In this document: positions 41,382 to 54,600 of the stretch, piece by piece | Numbering within the stretch: the stretch's first letter is position 1 | Layout: each line of letters opens with the position of its first letter | DNA from: Octopus bimaculoides | Lineage: Eukaryota | NCBI RefSeq assembly: GCF_001194135.2 | Contig: NC_068998.1 | Coordinates: 54,990,276-55,054,275 of the forward strand | DNA: 64,000 nt | Reading direction: 5' to 3' | Made by a program: the position numbers and the translations under genes | The notes under the pieces: model-generated | Told to the model about the DNA's origin: nothing | What the model saw: the letters and a program-made list of their open reading frames with translations, nothing else | Database searches by the model: none

Positions 41382-43033
41382 TGTATGTATGTATTCGCCA
41401 TGTTGGACCACTTATTCTACACATTTTTAACCAAGTGTTTACCTACAGTTTTCTTGTGGAATGGTCTTCTTCCTAGTGTACATCCAGTGAGTCTATATTA
41501 CTTTTTTATCAGAGTTGCAGGACTAGACATGCTGTAGATCTTCCCAAAGGTCACCTGGGTTTTCTTTGTTCCACTAAACAAAAAAAAAAAATTGAATTCA
41601 TTTTTAAAAAGTAAAGAATCTTGGTTTCTTAGATTACTAGAAAACCTGTTCCAGTTTATTTCTAGCTCCGACCACTTATGGCATTCCCCCCTCTATCACC
41701 CTCAAGGATTAAATGACCATCATTGTCATCATCTTCCATCTGTTTTCCATGCTGTCATGAGTTGGACAGGTCATTATGACCCTAGTCAGCCCTTATTTGG
41801 AGTTACTGTCCTCCTACATGGGTTGTAGATCCACATGTTCCTTGGATATGTTACTTTTAATAGGGTTTCTATGGCAGAATTCCCTTCCTAACACCACCAG
41901 GCACTACAGAGTGAACAAGCAGCATTTCGTACCCACTTGATGAACAATATTTATGTCAATCAAATATATTTTCATCAGGTCCTGAGAGTGGATTTGAGCA
42001 ATGGGAAGTAGAAAAAATCCAATGTGTGTGTGTGTGTGTGTGCGTGTTTGTGTCTTCTTGTCTTGACATTGTGTGATAGTTGTAAATGAATCTCACTGTC
42101 ATCCAAGCAGTGTTATTCATTTCCAATATTGCAAGCAAACATCTCTGGCAATGGATCTTGGAAATAGGTGAAGATTGATGACTTAAAAGGCATCCAACTG
42201 CAGAAAATCTGCCTCAAATAAACTTTGACCCAGGCAACCATGGAAAGGTGGAGGTTAAAATATGAGGATTTGCACAAAATACCATATTTTACTTTGGTTA
42301 AATTACTGTTGGCAAGGGGGATAGCCATTATGACTCAAAGCTTAGCAAATAATATTTTGTTTTTACAGGTGAAAAAAAAAAGGCAAAATACATGGTTGAC
42401 AATTTCTTCTTTTTTTTTTTAATGTTTATGGCTAATTACAGAAGGGAATGCAGTGCTTATGACATTTTTCAGAGGAAGTTTTCTTCAGGAGCCTTGGCTG
42501 AATGCTTGCTTCAATAGAGTGGACTCTGCTAAAAGCATTTATGGGTTGGAAGGTGGTGGTGGTGTTAAACTGACCACAAATTTTAAACCACATTGTATTC
42601 CTGGTTTCTCACTCTTAATTCTTCAAGAGTTTAAGTTAACTCTACAAGAATTACAACTTGGAACTCCACTTGATGTGCCAGCAATCAAAGATGCCCCCAT
42701 CACTACTTCAGCAAGCATAGTGAAGTTTATATTTCACTGATGAGGTCATAATAAGACCAAGACATGCCCAGAGTAGTCTCCCATGTTTCCCAAAATAATT
42801 GAAATATCATTTTTACCATATAAGTATTTCTAATTACGTTTTTTAATGCTTCTTGCATTAAATACATTAACACTAACACCTGTATATAAAAGATAATACT
42901 AATTTACTGAAAATCTGACGAGTTAAAATACAAGGAACCTGGTTAAAGATTTTATTAGTTAATACCAGCTACTTCAGGTGTAAATAAATAACTTGTTTTT
43001 TTTTTTATGTTTTTAAGAATTTAATGAAATTAC

Positions 43034-43115
43034 CTGATTTCTTATGACTTCTTGTAAATTCAAAAATGTTCTTGTTCTGTAACTTTGGAAGCATCTTGTC
43101 TGGACATTTTTCCTT
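43034..43115 (-). CDS. TMEM232: TMEM232 probable late exon
   Basis: attattttaacag| RKNVQTRCFQSYRTRTFLNLQEVIRNQ CAG|gtaatt; resembles remembered human PDFFTKADKELAKIIDHH. Confidence 0.6.
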
Positions 43116-43277
43116 CTGTTAAAATAATTGAAAATCTTTGTGTCACGAATATCTACCATATATTCCTCTACCTCTGATAACTTTATAATGTTAGACAAAT
43201 AACAACTTTCACATTAAATCATCCTTGCTTTAAACCTCTCTTCTCCATGCTGACATAGATTACATTACACAGGCCAA

Positions 43278-43314
<37 letters not shown>

Positions 43315-44618
43315 CGTTGAAATTTGAATCAAATCTGATTAAAATTTCCAATGAAGGAGACAGCTGTAACAACACTTTGAAAACACCCGACTAAACACTG
43401 CTTGCCACAGCTGACCAGTTTGCCAAATGCAATGAGGACATTTTTAGAAACTTGCTGTGAAGTTATATGTGTAAACTGAGCACGAAACCTTTTTATCGAC
43501 CCAGAAATGGTAAAAGGCAAAATTTTTTTGCAGCAAATGTCAGATTTGTGTTGGATCAAGTAAATCCCACATTGAATAAAATCATGTCTAGAAAACTGGA
43601 TGAGGATAATCCATTGGGGAACAGTATAAGTCAAGTTAACAGCAGTCATATGAACCAATGAAGAACCTTTATGCTCAACCTCCGAGAAACAGCAGCCAAA
43701 TCTCCCTTAAATCACATCCAACAATCTTTAAAAAAGAGCACATTAGATTATATAGTCCAAGGTCCATGATGGCAGAAATAAAAGGCAAGGATTGCCATGG
43801 CCAGAATCACTTTCGATCTCTGGTCTAAACCACAACAAATCAATTGCAGGTCTTCAGGTTCTACCATCTTCACCAAAGTTCTAATTACCTCCGACGCTCC
43901 CTGCTTTAATTAGAACTATTGCCATGGCAACATGGTTATTAAATGGTGCTCTGAGATCAGCTCTAATGAGCTTATTTCAACATGCTGTACAAAACTCATT
44001 AAAATAAAACTTGAAATACATGAAAATATTTATGGTTTCACCTCAGAGGAAAACTGGATTTCCTTTCATCAATTATTGATTTGTTCTCGTTTAATTTTTG
44101 AGTCAAACTGTTTCTGTTTGTGATTTGTTGCTGCTGCTGCTGTAGTTGTTGTTGTTGCTGTCGTCGTTGCTGATGTTGTTCTTGTTCTTTCAGCTGTTCC
44201 TTGCTGCCACATGATTCTAGTAAATAAATCTCGACCAAATTGTCAGCCATGTGTGACATAAAGTTATGGAGTGAAGTCTGCCTGAAAGACATGGCTGTCT
44301 TCTTTGAAGAATAAAACTGCAACAGATGAAGGATAGTCAAAGAGCATCAACAACCGAAATGAAGACAAAATCAATTCAAAGCAAACAACTAAAAAAAAAA
44401 AAAAAAAAAAAAGGAAAAAAAAATCAACCATTCCTGGAGTCAGGTGTTTGAATATATTTAAAATAGAGAGACTGGGACAAAGAATTCCCACGGGAAATAG
44501 ATCAATGCACCAGAATGGACATCTTACTTATTTCACCATTTCTATTTCAAATCAATCCTGTTTGTATAACTTCTTAAGTATTAGACCACCAGAAAATAGT
44601 CAGTATTACATTTACAGT

Positions 44619-44665
<47 letters not shown>

Positions 44666-45588
44666 GCATCAGCTGTAGCATGCAAAAGGGAAGACTGCAC
44701 TAGTATGGTCATGCTCTGTGAATGGACGAGGACGGCTGCGTAAAAAGTGCTAATGTATAACTATGGAGGGGATGTGTGGAAGGGGTAAACCCAGTAAGAC
44801 AGGGGATGAGGTGGTGAAATATGGTCTTCAGATGTTGAGCCTCATGGAGGCAATGGCAAGTGACTTAGAACTGGTGGCAATTTGCTGTGCTTGAGAAGAC
44901 ATGTCAAGCTAAGTGAAATCCCAGCCATGGCCAGCACCAGTTCCATGTGAAAGGCACCCAATACACTCTGTAGACTGTCCAACCCATGCCAGCATGGAAA
45001 ACAGACATTAAATGATGAGGATGATGATTGAATACTCATTTTTCCCTTCTTGTTTACACAATTCTTATAGTCACAACACATACACACACACACACACAGT
45101 CTATTTAAACCAGTTCAATGGTCAGTTACTCTGGAGCTTCCAAAGTGAGCAACTGCTTCCTCCGAGAAGTCAGAATGACCCAGATTGACTTATCCAAAGA
45201 AGCAACTCCAGTGTGACAGGCCACTCAACCAGACTAAATAAGCAACTGTACTTTACGTTTGTATTGAGTACTTCTTCTAAGGATCATTAGCTAACAGCAG
45301 ATATGTTAGTTTCAGTGTGGTGCATTAGTCTAATTCTGTAGATGAAGAAAATTCTAAATGAGGGTAACATACAAAGTTAGAATGTAGCGCTTCCAAAACA
45401 CAAGGATTCCGTTCTGTCTGATTCACCTGCAGCAGTATAGTCCATAATGTTGTTAACAAGACCTCTCTAGTTGGTTCACCTAACAAACAATGGTAGACCC
45501 TCATCAGAGCCTGAATTGCTCCAAGACGTATTCTCCAGTTCCAGTTGTCTTCATTTGCTAAGAGATAGAAGAAAGAAGTATGATGATG

Positions 45589-45620
<32 letters not shown>

Positions 45621-48600
45621 CAGACTACCCGTTTTACTGCTTCCCATATTAGCTGAGTTTCAGGGTGGGATGGAAAGCATGAGGCTTAATTATTACCATC
45701 AGCTTTTCATTATTTCTCCATTTATATATTATATTTTCATTATGACTCAACAGAGTTCTTACAACCCAAAGACGTGGCTCAAAGTGGTAGAAATAACAGC
45801 CATATTGTCTCATAATCACACCCTACAGTCTTTGATAATAAGACAAACTGGAAGATGCAGTCTGGTCCACTGAATGGAGTAATATAAGTTGGTTTAATCA
45901 GGTGATTGCACACACACACACACACACTGAGGAGATAAGTTAAATACAGTGAATATTCAGTGATATAACAAGTTCAAGTTCAAGTTTCTTCTCAAATATT
46001 CTTAAACAGTAATATTTATTTGTTGGTGCAAATGTCTAAAATAAAATAAAAACATGTTTTGAAGCCAAGAAAGTCATCAATTTACCAGATTCCATAGATA
46101 TCTCATGTGGAGATTTGAAGTGAGTGAGTTCAAGCAGGCTGACACTACACAAATTATGAATGGTGTCAATTTGGAAGTTTAAATCTGATTTGAGTTGAAA
46201 TTGTTGCTGTCTTTTGTAGCAAGACTCCTCCATTAGTTTGCAGTTATCTCCCATAAGTGCCCTCTTCTGAATATGTGAAGTACTTCCATTTAAAAGAACA
46301 TCACCAAGAAGCTCTGTATAAATGAAGATGATGTCCCACGGCCAAAAACCAAAACTGTATTCTTCCGTTTCTGCAGACATCTGGAAAAGGAGCATTAATT
46401 TTCTTTATTTAACAATATATTTACCATATCTACTCTTTTACAATGTCACCTACCATCACCAATACCACTTTCACTGGTCAACAAGTCTTTTTCATCCAGG
46501 ACATTAGTGCTATGGAGAAACGGTGCCAAGGCTTCTGGAATGACAGTATGCTTGCTGACTACAGCTGGACGCTTTACCATAATCAACCAGATCAGGAACA
46601 CCGCAGGAAATCCAAATCACAATGTTTCTAACTCTGTCGTTCTAACTTTATCTGTTTTGTCTGAACCATAAAGTATTTTCATCACTGCACAACAATCATT
46701 TCTAATTAACGTGTTTAATTAATGCTTACTGCATCAGATATGTTAATAGTAACTCAACTATGGTAAGGCACTTAGTTTGGTATGCTACCATTTGCTGTCA
46801 TTTTGCCACTGAAGAGAAGACAAAAATCAATAAACTGGCTTCTAAGAATGGAACACTAGTGAAAATTTGTTGGGAAAGAATGCAGTGAACCGAGTCAAGA
46901 CCATGATTAATACTGGTTTTATCAACCATGAAAAGATAAAAGGCAAAAACAAATTGTCAAACTATAAATTCATGACCAAGAGACATAAAACTAAATATTG
47001 TAAAGTAGTTCAGTGAATCAGTCTTTGATTTCTGCCAACTCCAAAGCATTGAAGCAAGAAATAATTTAAAATGTAATAACAATAATTGATCATGGAAATA
47101 ATTATATTTTAGCACAAGAGGTAGAGTTACACTGATCTAAGAAATGAGGAATGGGCCTCTAAATGGCTTTCATGTTCACATCCTGGCAATGGCACCATAT
47201 TGTATCTTTGGGTAATGCCAAACATGATCATGCGGCAGTAAGCAAAATATTTTATCCATCAATGGGTCATGTTATTTTCACGACTCTGACAAATACAGGA
47301 GATAACTTCATGCATGTTTCAGTGTTATTAGATTTCATCAGCAAAATATAGACTTTACCTTACTAACCAAAGTACTGATGAAGGAATCACTAATTAGCTG
47401 TACAACATTGTACTCTAACTGCTGGTACAGTCCAGTCTCTCCCTCCGGCCATTTAAAACAATAAGTGAAAGCCTGATACCTGCTACCAAGTCATATTCCC
47501 CAGTGGATGATGGCTGCAGTGAGTTAGATATCCTAATTGGGAAGTTAATGACACAAAACAACTCATTAATAAAAAGAGAATAAGTTTAAAAAACAAATGA
47601 ATGAAAAAAGTGTTGATAAAATATGTCAAAGGATCTGAATCTTTGTCATAATTTTATTAGAAGCAAAAAAAGTGACCATTTCTGCAGATGACTTACCTTG
47701 TTATCCGATTCCTTCGAATCACCAAAGATGTCACTTCTTTTGTGGAAGCTAATAAAATAAAAGTTTGTTCTGTGAGTGTATGTAGTTGTAAAAGGTTGGA
47801 CAGAAACACAACAGAATAAATGAGATGAGCTGAGATGATGATGATGATGGTGGTGGTGGTGGTGGTGGTGGTAGTGGTGATGATGGTGGTGGTGGTGATG
47901 CTTCACTGGTNNNNNNNNNNNNNNNNNNNNNNNNNNNNNNNNNNNNNNNNNNNNNNNNNNNNNNNNNNNNNNNNNNNNNNNNNNNNNNNNNNNNNNNNNN
48001 NNNNNNNNNNNNNNNNNNNNNNNNNNNNNNNNNNNNNNNNNNNNNNNNNNNNNNNNNNNNNNNNNNNNNNNNNNNNNNNNNNNNNNNNNNNNNNNNNNNN
48101 NNNNNNNNNNNNNNNNNNNNNNNNNNNNNNNNNNNNNNNNNNNAGAATAAATGAGATGAGCTGAGATGATGATGATGATGGTGGTGGTGGTGGTGGTGGT
48201 GGTAGTGGTGATGATGGTGGTGGTGGTGATGCTTCACTGGTATTTACTTTTTAAGTTTTTAATGACAATAATGCCGAAAAATAATTTTTTAAAATAATTA
48301 TAAAAGAAATTAATCTTTTTGAAAATGTTTTCTAAAATCTCTTATAGTTTGTCACAGTTTGAATAAACAACTTTTCTTTCTTCCTCTTCAAACATTTTTT
48401 CTTTCTCAGCCAAAATATTAACCTTGAAAGGATCCTCTTTGCCCACCTCGTAATATAACAACTTTAGAGCAGCAGGCATGGCTGTAGGATTAAGAAGCTG
48501 GCTTCCCAATCACATGGTTTCAGGTTCAATCCCACTGCAAGGCACCTTGGGCAAGTGTCTTCTATTATAGCCCCAAGCCAGCAAAAGCAGCTTCATTAGC

Positions 48601-51600
48601 TCCTATATCTTGCAGGTTGATCCACAATATAACTTTCCCTCATAGACTTGAGCAACACTTGTAATTTCCCTGAATACAAAACATGAAACATGAAGAAGTT
48701 TAATCCATGACCTACAGGACTGACCCCCATCAGATTTAATACTTGATTATCCTAAACTTGATCCCTGGATTAGAAATAAGCTTACCAATTCTGTGACGTT
48801 CCATGTGAAATGTGTTTAAAATCATTCTCTGTTTCTTTCGGTTCTTTGGTTTTAACTTGATTTTTGTCTTCAAATCCTGAGAATGAAATCAACAAAAACT
48901 AGATTAACTCCGAATCTGAGATTTAGGAAGTGTTGATATTTAGCATTGCATTTCACCCCAGCAACCACTCACAATGTTCAGTTACCCAGAAGGCACTAAT
49001 TATCACATGTGCTTACGTCCCCGTGCTGCGAGGCTACATTTTTCTTTTTTTTTCTATATGGGTTTGTTCTGAAACCCATCAACATGGGCCCAATGAACAG
49101 AAACAACGCAAAGGTGCCTGATCCAAACAAATGATGCAGAACGAGTTTATTCTCTACAGAAAAAGACAGAGGATCGAGAAGATATGAATAGATGGAAACT
49201 TTGCTGCTGCTGGGCCACAAGTTTAGTGTCACTGAATTTATCATTCATTCCATTTACAAAGAGTGAGATAATTCCTTCATCACTGTTCGTTTGGTACCAA
49301 ATCCTTGTGATAAACAATAATAGTTGTATAATGAATTAGTTCTCAACATTTCAACTATAAATAAAAATCAATGGTAATTAAACAATTAAAAGAAAATGAA
49401 AGGAAAACAAAGAAACAACCTGCTGGGTGTCTTTGGGAAACATCTTCTCTTCTTGTATTTTGCCAATCATTGTTACAAATGCTACAATATGCTAAATATT
49501 GAAGGATGCTTAGAACTGTGAAGTTCCTCTTTGCTGCTTCTGCTAACACATTTAAAGCAACAACGTAGTCAACCCAGCTGTAGAAATGGAAACAAAGAAT
49601 ATTCATAAGCTTCAGTTTTATTTAAGAGAGATGAAATTGGTTGGATTTTAAGTCTGCCATACAGACAATGCTGAGTTATTGTGAGTGGATTTGATAGATG
49701 GAAACTGAAAGAAGCCTGTCATAAGAATGTGAAGGTTGGCAACGAGTAGGACATCCAGCCATAGAAAATCTGCCTCAAGTAAACTGCTGTCCAATCTATG
49801 CAAGCATGGAAAAGTGGCCGTTAAATGATGAGATATGCAACCACATGGTTTCCACTGCATGAAACCTAGGGCAAGTATCTTCTACTGTTGGGTCAAGCAA
49901 CACTTTGTGAGTGAATCTGGTAGAAACTGTATAGAAGCATATTGTGTGTGATGTGTGTGTGTTATTGAATGAGAAGGGGACAGGAATTGCATAGTCAACT
50001 TCATTAGCTCACAGGTGTTTCTGCTGAGTTGCCTATGCAACATCTTATGGCTTCCTCAGAGCCATCAAAACTCTAACAGACTCTAGCATTGGCATCTATA
50101 TATAGTCTCTCTCTTCTTATATTGAAGTTCTTACATTTGGTTATAAGATACTTCAGTAAAGGCCTCCGTAGTGCCAAGAGGTTCCAAGGGCTGCTACTTA
50201 ACACTTATTTCAATTCGTAAAGCTTAGGTGAAGTCTAACGGATGTAGCATTCCAATCAGATCTGGTGCTTATTCTCAACAAACAGAATTTAGTTCATTAA
50301 TAAAACACACAATGAAATGTCTGTCATAAATCTGAAGTGAAGACTTATCAATTGAAAGTACAGTACTTCTTTATTTAATCAGATACTCCTTATAGCTAAA
50401 TGTTCTTGGCATCTAGAAATATCTGGTTATGAAATACATGTTGTAAAGACTTATATCTACTTAAAGTTCAGCATGTAACAGATCAGGCATCTTTATAGAA
50501 ATGATCAAGTTTAGACTTACCAAGAAGCTGTGTCCAGATTAAAAGTGCATTGTATCAACGAGGAAAGGGAATCAACAAAATAGAGTTCCTTCTTGTTAGT
50601 TGGTTCTCTGACCATTCCATCCCCTGAACACAATGTTTGGTATTTCCAAACATTTAAGGCGTGCCATAAAGGAGCACTAAGTTCATGCATGCTCTTACTC
50701 ACCCATGAACTGTGACGGGAAGGACAAGAGATTTCAGCGGGAGGCGACTCGCTTTGGACCTTACTCAGCTAAAATAGACAAAACCAAGGCAAAATTGTTA
50801 CCACCGTTGTTCACCACCACCACCACCAACAACAACAACACTCCCCACCCTTTTCCCTGCTAAAACAGCAGCCAACCATTCTAATAAATCGGTTTTTATG
50901 TTGAAGGAACATATTTGGACATATGTTCCTAAGTTGGTTTTAAGCATTATGACAATATTTCAATCAGTTATTTCTTCACCCATCATCAGACTGTCTTCAA
51001 GAAGCCACCTAATTCCATGGGAAACATATTTCTAACATGTGGCAACTTCTAGCAGACAGTTATTCAATATTGTAAAGCAATTTGCTTGGCCTGCTAACGA
51101 TTCTGCCTGATCACCACCTGAACATTGATTATTACATTAATGGTAACTTATGCCTGCAAGACATGGCAAAAGACCAGCAGAGTCTATAAAAATGTAGATG
51201 TCTTTCACAGACATTGCCTTAGAAACATACCAAATATGTATTGAAATGACCACATCACGACTGGAGAAGTCATGGCTACAGCTGGGCTGAGGAATCTACA
51301 GAATATCCTCAGGGTCAAATGACAGAAGCTACTCAGCCACATTCTACATGTGTCCACAAAATGAGTGGAATGAAAGCAAGAGGTGGGTAAGACACAAAGG
51401 AAGTGAAGCAAATTGCTCAAGAGCTGGCTGAGGATTGTAGAGAAGGAACTGACAGACAGGGACCGTGTCTGGGAGGGGGCTTGTAACAAGGTCTGCAACT
51501 GTGCTGGATGAAGAGAGCTCACTTCCTGATACGCCATCAGGAATGAAGCTAAGCTAAAACTAAAGTAATTTACAACTCGCCATAGGGATTTATTTCTGAG

Positions 51601-54600
51601 AATAGATCTATAACACAGTTGTGATTTAGACAAAGACATTAGAATACAAACGGGTGTCTAAGCAACAAGATTATTAAGTTATATTCCTGTTAATTTTATT
51701 GAAAGGACACTCAATATCTTCATCAAAGCAAATCATTAAATAAAAAGCACAGAAGAAAATATTTACCAGAACTGGTGGGAGTAAATCTGTTTTGAAATTG
51801 TGAGAAAAGAACTCGTAATTTGTATCATTTTCAAGATCATCATCGATCAAGATGATGTCAGCGACTTGTATAATAAATCTGAACAACAACTGGGCATCTG
51901 GGTGCTTGGTGTAGAAGGAGGCGGAGTCAGAGAAACCTGGAAAGGGAAAGACCTGGTTGGAAAATTCCAAAAGCAGAGAGGGGAGGAGAGAGATAGAGAG
52001 AAAGAGAGAGACAGAGAGAGGTTCATTTCTGCATGATTCACACAGAGAAAAGTAGACATTAAAACAATGATGATGATGGTTTCTATGATTTACTGTCAGC
52101 AAAACGGTAATGAAGCCTCAGCAGCAACTAACAAATTAAAACCTATTATACTCACTGGCAAAGTAGGAATGTAATCTTTTCTTCACTTCTTGCCATCCAT
52201 CAAGGTGGTTGGCCATTTTGTGACAATACAAACGCATGAAGACAAGTTGACAAACCTAGAAAGAAAAAAACATATTTTAACAGGGATTCAACCTTCAAAA
52301 GAATTAATTTAACCAATTTTATATCAGTTTCAGTTAATATGAGAACAACAAATGACAGTGATGACAATTGTGATGACAATGACAATTTCAACTTTGCATT
52401 TCATCCCTCCAGGGTCAGTTTAATCAATGAAGCCCACCTTCACCAAAATCTCTGCCCCTGTGCTTCTGTTAGTCATCACCATCACCATCATTAGTCATCA
52501 CCATCACCATCATTAGTCATCACCATCATTAGTCATCACCATCAATGCTCTACTTGCCTTCAGTTGTTTCATGTGAGTTTCTCGGAGGAATGACTGCTGA
52601 GTGAAGTGTGTACTCAATAGGGACAACAGAGTGTCTGCCAGCAACAGCAGCAACGGTACATGGTTGCAGTCAACAGCAACCAGTTTCAGTGACATCAGCA
52701 AAAGATCCAGACACTCTGAAAAGCAGAAATGCTTCAGCAATTGAATAAAATCAAGTCTTGGACAACAGAGCAACAGCTCTGAGTTTGAGGAAAATTTCGT
52801 TTTAGTGACCTCAAAAGGATGAAAAAACTAAGTTGTCTTTGGTGGGAGTCAAACACAGAATTTAGAGAGATATTACTAAAGACTGCAAGACATTTGGTCC
52901 ATTGTTCTGCCAATGCACAACTCTAGATAGATGACAGCTCAGTCAGTAGAAGGGATGATTACATTAGTTTGGTATTACAGAATATTGACAATGATAAAGA
53001 GGACAGTTTGAACTGCATCTAAAACTGAGGCCTGTAAACTGTTATATTATGCCAAATGTCCTCTTTGGGACAGAAACTTGGACAATGTACACAGGAATGG
53101 AAAAGACAACAGATGTCTTTGAAATGTGGATCTTCCACAAATTGGGCAGGATAAACTGTGGAAAGAGAATATAATATATGTTGCAGTATTAGAAAAGTTA
53201 GAATTCCAAAAAGCTCTCCTATTTTGGGACATACAACGTGCCGTAAGCCACAGCCCATTAATAGGTAATTAAAATGAAGGATTAATACTAACCTTGTTGA
53301 ATATCTCCTTTGCATTTCAATAACAGAATCAACTCTGACCATGCTAAACTGACATTGGCATCTTTTCTAAAACCAGAACTTGACAAACCTGCATTCCACT
53401 AAAATTTACAGAATAAAAGAAAATTAGGTTTAAATTTATAGATCATTTGAAAATCTTCATTGAATAATGTTTTTGCCCCTCCCCTCCCCTCTAACATATT
53501 ACTTCTCCGTATAACGTCAAAACCCCTTTTGAACTGTTATTACAGTGCCAATAATTCTTTTATCTCATCTCAAATATGTCTTCTGCACTTTCTGTACCTA
53601 AAAAAAAAAAAATCAGTCATATTTTCGTTTCTTTTTTTTTTATACTTGAGTTTAATGCTACTTTCCAATTTGGCAACAATGTTTTGTATTCAATTCTTGC
53701 ATTATACATGAGTAAATGCAGTATATGCAGATATATATATATATATATATAATACAAATTATGTCTATTTATTTATTTATTTTAAAAAAAACAATTATAA
53801 CAATATACATACATGTATAACATATTATGCTTTACATATACAATATATAAAAATACCAGTAATTATTAAAATACATAACATAGAGCCTAGAAAGTAGGAT
53901 AGTATCTTACAGCTGTTTCAGTCAAGAGGCCATAGTACCCCACTTTACTTCCATCCCCCCAGTGAACTGAAGTATTTCGTAGATAAGATTAAGGTACTTG
54001 GGTGTGTATCTGGGCTTCGTCAGAGAGTTTAGAAAGTTCTTAAGGTTAAGTTATAAATATTAAATACATACATATATACACACTGTTACATATAAATATA
54101 CATAAACACATATATCCAGTTGCATCTCGGTAAACACATATTTATATGTATATGTATATGCATACAAAGGAATCAATTATTATTATTATTAGGTGCATTA
54201 TTGTTATTAGATAAAGTATAAACAGAGGAAGGAGAAAGTTATCAAAAGAGAAATACCAGACACAATTCTTACTTTGATTCTAAGAAGCATTTGAACTGCC
54301 TTTGCATGATATTTCTTCTGTTCTTCTAAATTCTTAACTTTGTTGTAATTTTCAACAAATTCCTCAGTAACTTGCAATGGGCTTCTGTAACAAATAAAAA
54401 ATTTGGTGTTTTATTTAATTTGGTAGATAGATCTATTTAAGGAAAAGTAACCAGAACTTGCTTCGATTTTCTTATTAAAAAATTCAATTAAATCTTCATG
54501 TAACNNNNNNNNNNNNNNNNNNNNNNNNNNNNNNNNNNNNNNNNNNNNNNNNNNNNNNNNNNNNNNNNNNNNNNNNNNNNNNNNNNNNNNNNNNNNNNNN

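Noticed and set aside
47813-48241. Identical 98-bp duplication flanking the N-gap, and the His/Val/Pro-rich ORFs across it
   Set aside because: The same sequence on both sides of a gap is a typical unmerged-overlap assembly artefact; the ORFs are translations of (GGT/GAT)n microsatellite.
52470-52545. Short repeat array as CRISPR
   Set aside because: No unique spacers; a eukaryotic intronic minisatellite.
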